From the IMG/VR virus record IMGVR_UViG_3300032227_001784, positions 1 through 29,552 of that record: a stretch of DNA of 29,552 nucleotides. The stretch is one strand, 5' to 3'. The DNA comes from a virus (Duplodnaviria > Caudoviricetes). Made by a program: the position numbers and the translations under genes. Numbering within the stretch: the stretch's first letter is position 1; every line of letters starts with the position of its first letter. The notes below the pieces were generated by a model that had not been told where the DNA came from, ran no database searches, and worked only from the letters and a program-made list of their open reading frames with translations. Shown one piece after another: positions 25,757 through 29,552 of the stretch.

Positions 25757-26458
25757 ATGAAATTATCACAGGTCATTGCTCCTGCTATAGAGCTACACAG
25801 CACACTTAATCCGCAATTATGGTCTGGAGAAAAACTACGACCGGAAGTACGTTCTGCACTAATAAAAATTGCCCGGTCATTTCAAAAATTTGTCGATGTG
25901 CCTTTTCAAGTTGAAGATATCATTGTTACAGGCAGTAACGCCAACTATACTTATACCAAATACAGTGACCTTGATCTACACCTCATAGTGGATCTCAGTC
26001 GTGTAGAATGCGAGCGTCAAACAGAAGAACTATTTGATACTAAACGATTACTGTTTAAACGCAAACACTCAATTACTATACGAGATATACCTGTAGAAAT
26101 CTACGTGGAAAATATCAATGAGCCAGTAAAAGGTGCTGTATATAGTTTATCTAAAAATAGTTGGATCACTCCCCCTGAACAACAAGATCAACCCGACATA
26201 GACTTTGCTGCTGTAGAACGCATGACTCGTATATGGGGCAGATTAATCCAACGTGCTGTAATACATGCTCACCTGCCCACTTGTGAACGACTAATGGAAC
26301 TACTAAGAAACTACAGACGCATGGGATTGAATACACCGGACGGTGAATTCAGCAAGGGCAACCTAGTCTACAAGAGCCTACGCAACAGCGGCAGTGTAGA
26401 AGCACTGGCCGTGATGTTAGACCGACTACATGATCAGCGACTAAGTATTAGTCAATAA
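25757..26458 (+). CDS. Pol-beta superfamily nucleotidyltransferase
   Basis: IIVTGSNANY...SDLDLHLIVD (hGS...DxD), third carboxylate in PVEIYVE, helical C-terminal domain with GEFSKGNLVYKSLR. Confidence 0.82.
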   Translation: MKLSQVIAPAIELHSTLNPQLWSGEKLRPEVRSALIKIARSFQKFVDVPFQVEDIIVTGSNANYTYTKYSDLDLHLIVDLSRVECERQTEELFDTKRLLFKRKHSITIRDIPVEIYVENINEPVKGAVYSLSKNSWITPPEQQDQPDIDFAAVERMTRIWGRLIQRAVIHAHLPTCERLMELLRNYRRMGLNTPDGEFSKGNLVYKSLRNSGSVEALAVMLDRLHDQRLSISQ

Positions 26459-26473
26459 CCTAAGGATTAATAC

Positions 26474-27004
26474 ATGCCCACAATATACATTGACATGGAC
26501 GGCGTTGTTGCCGACTTTGATGCCAAGGCACGAGAAATACTAAAAGACTGCGACTTTGATACCTTAAATGAACGCTGGCCCGAGGATGGCTGGAATCAAA
26601 TTAAAAACTATCCTCACTTCTATAGATCAATACCCAAAATGCCACAGGCCGACCTCATGATGCGTCTTGCCGAAAGATTCCGCGATGAACTAGGCTGGGA
26701 TCTCTACATGCTGACTGCTATTCCCAGGTTTAACGACATGCCCGACTGCTTTTGGGACAAAATAGAATGGATGAGAGAATACTATCCCAATATCATTGTG
26801 CGGTTTGGCCCATATAGCGAAGACAAACAACATCATTGTCGTCCTGGTGATATACTGGTCGATGACCGTACCAGCAATTGCGTACAATGGCGCAGCAGTG
26901 GTGGCCATGCTGTACAGGTACTACCGGGCAAATACGAATTAGCATTAGCTGGATTGGAGGAGTTGTTTAAATTAGAATTATTGCGATTGAAGGAAAAGTT
27001 CTAA
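26474..27004 (+). CDS. 5'(3')-deoxyribonucleotidase (NT5C-like HAD phosphatase)
   Basis: IYIDMDGVVADF, LTA, K..W, K, ILVDDR..N...W...GG; SD AAGGA. Confidence 0.88.
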   Translation: MPTIYIDMDGVVADFDAKAREILKDCDFDTLNERWPEDGWNQIKNYPHFYRSIPKMPQADLMMRLAERFRDELGWDLYMLTAIPRFNDMPDCFWDKIEWMREYYPNIIVRFGPYSEDKQHHCRPGDILVDDRTSNCVQWRSSGGHAVQVLPGKYELALAGLEELFKLELLRLKEKF

Positions 27005-27010
27005 TACGAA

Positions 27011-27016
27011 TAAATA
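27011..27016 (+). promoter_or_regulatory. Late-type TAAATA box
   Basis: Intergenic, followed by AAGGA and ATG 27038. Confidence 0.6.
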
Positions 27017-27037
27017 CTAAAAAGGATTTACAGACCC

Positions 27038-28375
27038 ATGAGAATCGACGATTTAATTTCTATTATTCAACTGGCAGGTATAAAAAGAACTGTCTCTGAG
27101 GCCGGCCAAGAAGAGGTTGGGCGTCAAGATGCTGTCGCTAAATTAAAAAAATTAACCGCACCCGATCCTATGGGTGGCGGTAATCATGCTTATGTGGATC
27201 CAAAAACTGGCACTATCATGTATAGCGGAAATGCAGGCGGTGAGGGCAACCCTTCCCCTGTAGGATCGGCAAAACAGTGGAACGATCCTGAAAACGCCAC
27301 TGCTATTGTGGGGCGTGACTTAAAAAATTTACTAAAACAAGCAGGATTACAGGTTACTGCAGATGCTAAGGGTAATGCTCGGGTCGATCCAACTGCTTTT
27401 GCTAATTTAGGTAAGGCACCTGCAGCAGCATTACCGACAACCCCTACAATTGTTCCTGGACCACCGGGCTCGGCAACGGCCATTCCCCCTCCCGGACAGT
27501 CATTAGGGGCAGCATTGGCTTCGGGTAATGAACGTGATCCTAATAGTGGTAATCGAGTAAATGCACAACAGGCAGCCGCTGCAGGAGCTACCCCGGCTGA
27601 AATAGCTGCCGGAAACCCACCAGGCACTAATTTGTCTACTCCAACTGGAAACCCACCAGGCACTAATTCGTCTACTCCAACTGGAAACACATCAATGGCA
27701 GGTGCGGCTGCATGGAGACCACCTGCTGCACCAAATACCGATGTAAGTTCCAGAGCCGACTACGAAGGGGATGTCAACCCTAGCAGCGGTGGCGGCAAAC
27801 CGGCAATGCCAAACTACTCTCAAGATGCAGCCGCTAAGAAAAAAAGACAATTAATGCCAGTTGACCCGGCATTGAAACAAGTTCAATCATTACTATCAAC
27901 AATCCCTCAACTTAAAGAATTGCTCGGCCCATACGGAGCAGATGGTAGAATGGGAAAACATACTAGAAACGCTATTACAACATATCTACAGACTCATCCT
28001 GATGATGCTGCAGAGCCTGCATTCAAAGCTATTCTTGACAAATATAAAATACCAGTTCCAAACGCAAAACCACCAACACCAGAAAAGCCAGCAGTACCAC
28101 CAACACCAGAAAAGCCAGCAGTACCACCAACACCAGAAAAGCCAGCAGTACCACCAACACCAGAAAAGCCAGCAGTACCACCAGCAGTATCAGGTGATCA
28201 GAAAGTAGGCAGAGTAGACCCCAGACCCCCCTATAACCCAAGAAACCCGGGTCCGGCGCAGGAATGGGATAAGAAATACAGTGCTACACATCATACAAAT
28301 GGTACACCAAAAGCAGCTAAAACCGAAGACATTGAGTTAGCAGACCTTATTAGACTGGTGGAAAAATTAAAATGA
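27038..28375 (+). CDS. Pro/Ala/Gly-rich putative virion protein with peptidoglycan-binding domain
   Basis: LKQVQSLL...GADGRMGKHTRNAI fits PG_binding_1 (Q..L...DG.hG..T..A); N-terminal IIQLAGIK and VSE-A; internal tandem repeats. Confidence 0.7.
   Translation: MRIDDLISIIQLAGIKRTVSEAGQEEVGRQDAVAKLKKLTAPDPMGGGNHAYVDPKTGTIMYSGNAGGEGNPSPVGSAKQWNDPENATAIVGRDLKNLLKQAGLQVTADAKGNARVDPTAFANLGKAPAAALPTTPTIVPGPPGSATAIPPPGQSLGAALASGNERDPNSGNRVNAQQAAAAGATPAEIAAGNPPGTNLSTPTGNPPGTNSSTPTGNTSMAGAAAWRPPAAPNTDVSSRADYEGDVNPSSGGGKPAMPNYSQDAAAKKKRQLMPVDPALKQVQSLLSTIPQLKELLGPYGADGRMGKHTRNAITTYLQTHPDDAAEPAFKAILDKYKIPVPNAKPPTPEKPAVPPTPEKPAVPPTPEKPAVPPTPEKPAVPPAVSGDQKVGRVDPRPPYNPRNPGPAQEWDKKYSATHHTNGTPKAAKTEDIELADLIRLVEKLK
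27611..27688 (+). repeat. 36-nt in-frame tandem duplication (GNPPGTN[L/S]STPT x2)
   Basis: 27611-27646 and 27647-27682 differ at one base; a third copy begins with GGAAAC. Confidence 0.9.
28070..28177 (+). repeat. 27-nt perfect tandem repeat x4 (PPTPEKPAV)
   Basis: CCACCAACACCAGAAAAGCCAGCAGTA four times with no spacers. Confidence 0.95.
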
Positions 28376-29190
28376 GACAATCCAGAAGAAGAACAACTCC
28401 AGTAGTTTATACACAGCCTAAGACTACAGCAATATCTGAGGCTACTCGTATTGCTCTGCTGAGAGATCAACTGGATAGACTGACCGAAGCAATTACTATT
28501 AATTATAATGGTTCTCCACCGGCATCGGCACCGGGTGGCGGTGTTATCCAAGGCGTGGATGGACGACCATTAAGTACAAGTGCAACACCACCGGCCGGAG
28601 CAGCACCAGCATCATCACCGGCAGCAGCAACTAACAGCACCTGGAAACTCATAGCAAAAAAACTAGGAATAGACACAGCCGAGAAACTGTTAGGATTTGC
28701 AGGAAAAATACTTCCAAAATTTATTCCTGCTCTGGCTGCAGGTATCTATGGCCCACTGGCAAAAAAAAGATGGCATGAAGGTGACAAGGAAGGCGCATTT
28801 CTTGCTGCAGCACAGGTAGCCGGGGGTGTCATAGCACTGATACCTTTTGTAGGTCTACCTACTAGTTGGGCTATTACAGCTATGGTTCTTGCCTGGGAAG
28901 CAATGAGAGATACTCCAGAAGGTAAAAAGATTGAAGCACAAGCCGAGCAGGCAGCGGCAGCAGGACCCAGTGGCCCAAGCGGAGCAACACCGGCACCAAA
29001 GCCAGCTGAACCAAAAGCAGCTGAACCAAAGCCAGCAGAACCAAAAGCAGCTGAACCAAAAGCAGCTGAACCAAAAGCAGCTGAACCAAAGCCAGCTGAA
29101 CCAAAGCCAGCACCTCCTCCGGAAAAAGGACCAAACCCCACTGGTGGTATTGGAAAAATAGACTGGTCTAAACTTAAACCTAACCCTTAA
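28372..29190 (+). CDS. Putative virion protein with hydrophobic helices and PK(A/P)AE repeats
   Basis: ATGA-coupled to the upstream gene; ISE-A and LTE-A sites; hydrophobic GDKEGAFLAAAQVAGGVIALIPFVGLPTSWAITAMVLAW. Confidence 0.7.
   Translation: MRQSRRRTTPVVYTQPKTTAISEATRIALLRDQLDRLTEAITINYNGSPPASAPGGGVIQGVDGRPLSTSATPPAGAAPASSPAAATNSTWKLIAKKLGIDTAEKLLGFAGKILPKFIPALAAGIYGPLAKKRWHEGDKEGAFLAAAQVAGGVIALIPFVGLPTSWAITAMVLAWEAMRDTPEGKKIEAQAEQAAAAGPSGPSGATPAPKPAEPKAAEPKPAEPKAAEPKAAEPKAAEPKPAEPKPAPPPEKGPNPTGGIGKIDWSKLKPNP
28996..29112 (+). repeat. 15-nt tandem repeat x7 plus a partial copy (PK[A/P]AE)
   Basis: Mainly CCAAAGCCAGCTGAA and CCAAAAGCAGCTGAA units. Confidence 0.93.
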
Positions 29191-29444
29191 TCCTCCGGCA
29201 CACCAAACCGCAATAAAAACATACTGACTGAGGGCTCCCAACGAAAACTCACCGCACATAAATCACTATGTGCTAAACTCCACCCGGCCCAACACCATTC
29301 ACACCAATGCCGACCTACCGAAATCTCTAACCACGACTGCACACAATCCACCGAGGCAACCCAGTCTTGGTTACCACGAGTATATACACGCGGCCACGGC
29401 ACTACGGCACGATAAGGTAATTCTGGATAACGATCCCATAACAT
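29187..29444 (-). CDS. Small Trp-rich hypothetical protein (start revised from 29540 to 29444)
   Basis: Minus-strand TAAATA(29453-29458)-N8-ATG(29444); 85 aa ending SF......FLLRF; stop overlaps the stop of the convergent gene. Confidence 0.55.
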   Translation of the reverse strand: MLWDRYPELPYRAVVPWPRVYTRGNQDWVASVDCVQSWLEISVGRHWCEWCWAGWSLAHSDLCAVSFRWEPSVSMFLLRFGVPED

Positions 29445-29552
29445 AGTATAGATATTTAACACAGACCGGCACCACTTGAGCCCACCCAAGCGCAGCGCGG
29501 AGCGCAAATTTTTCGCAAGATTTTTACCACCATCGACCACCCAACACCATAA

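Noticed and set aside
28070-28177. 27-nt repeats as a CRISPR array
   Set aside because: Units are directly adjacent with no spacers, are a multiple of 3 and lie in frame in a CDS.
27190-29259. Alternative-frame and antisense ORFs (27190-27690, 27942-28208, 28029-28241, 28746-29141, 28855-29259, 28880-29134, 28931-29161)
   Set aside because: By-products of stop-poor low-complexity repeats in the real genes; no start signals or domain motifs.
29445-29540. ORF-track N-terminal extension of the last minus-strand gene
   Set aside because: A TAAATA box 8 nt before ATG 29444 points to the shorter start, though this is not proven.
1-29552. Stop-codon reassignment, tRNA or rRNA genes
   Set aside because: Core genes are full length under the standard code, TAA, TGA and TAG all end genes, and intergenic gaps are short with no cloverleaf recognised.

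Overview
A 29.5-kb segment of a large T4-like (myovirus-type) dsDNA bacteriophage genome, standard genetic code, densely coding and mostly on the + strand. From left to right: a morphogenesis block (5'-truncated tail sheath, tail tube, tube-fold paralogue, Ig/Calx-beta fusion protein, gp4-like head-completion nuclease, terminase small and large subunits, acidic putative head-internal proteins); a recombination/replication block (gp32 SSB, UvsX, UvsY, a HARP-like protein, UvsW, putative gp62- and gp59-like loaders); a four-gene NDP-heptose cassette (cupin, hldD, hldC-like, hldA-like) coupled to a 188-aa miniature DnaE-type (family C) polymerase core; primase and replicative helicase; a YqgE/AlgH homologue; a Pol-beta-type nucleotidyltransferase; a 5'(3')-deoxyribonucleotidase; and two low-complexity putative virion proteins with tandem repeats. 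Regulatory signals are unusually readable: T4-late-like TAAATA boxes 4-8 nt before ATGs lacking a Shine-Dalgarno (candidate leaderless late mRNAs), three sigma70-type promoters, and two intrinsic terminators. The best candidates for new biology are the mini-DnaE, the heptose cassette inside the replication operon, the shared head-targeting/processing motifs, and the late-promoter nucleotidyltransferase. All calls come from motif recognition by eye; no searches were run. No tRNA, rRNA, CRISPR array, intron or canonical intein was recognised.
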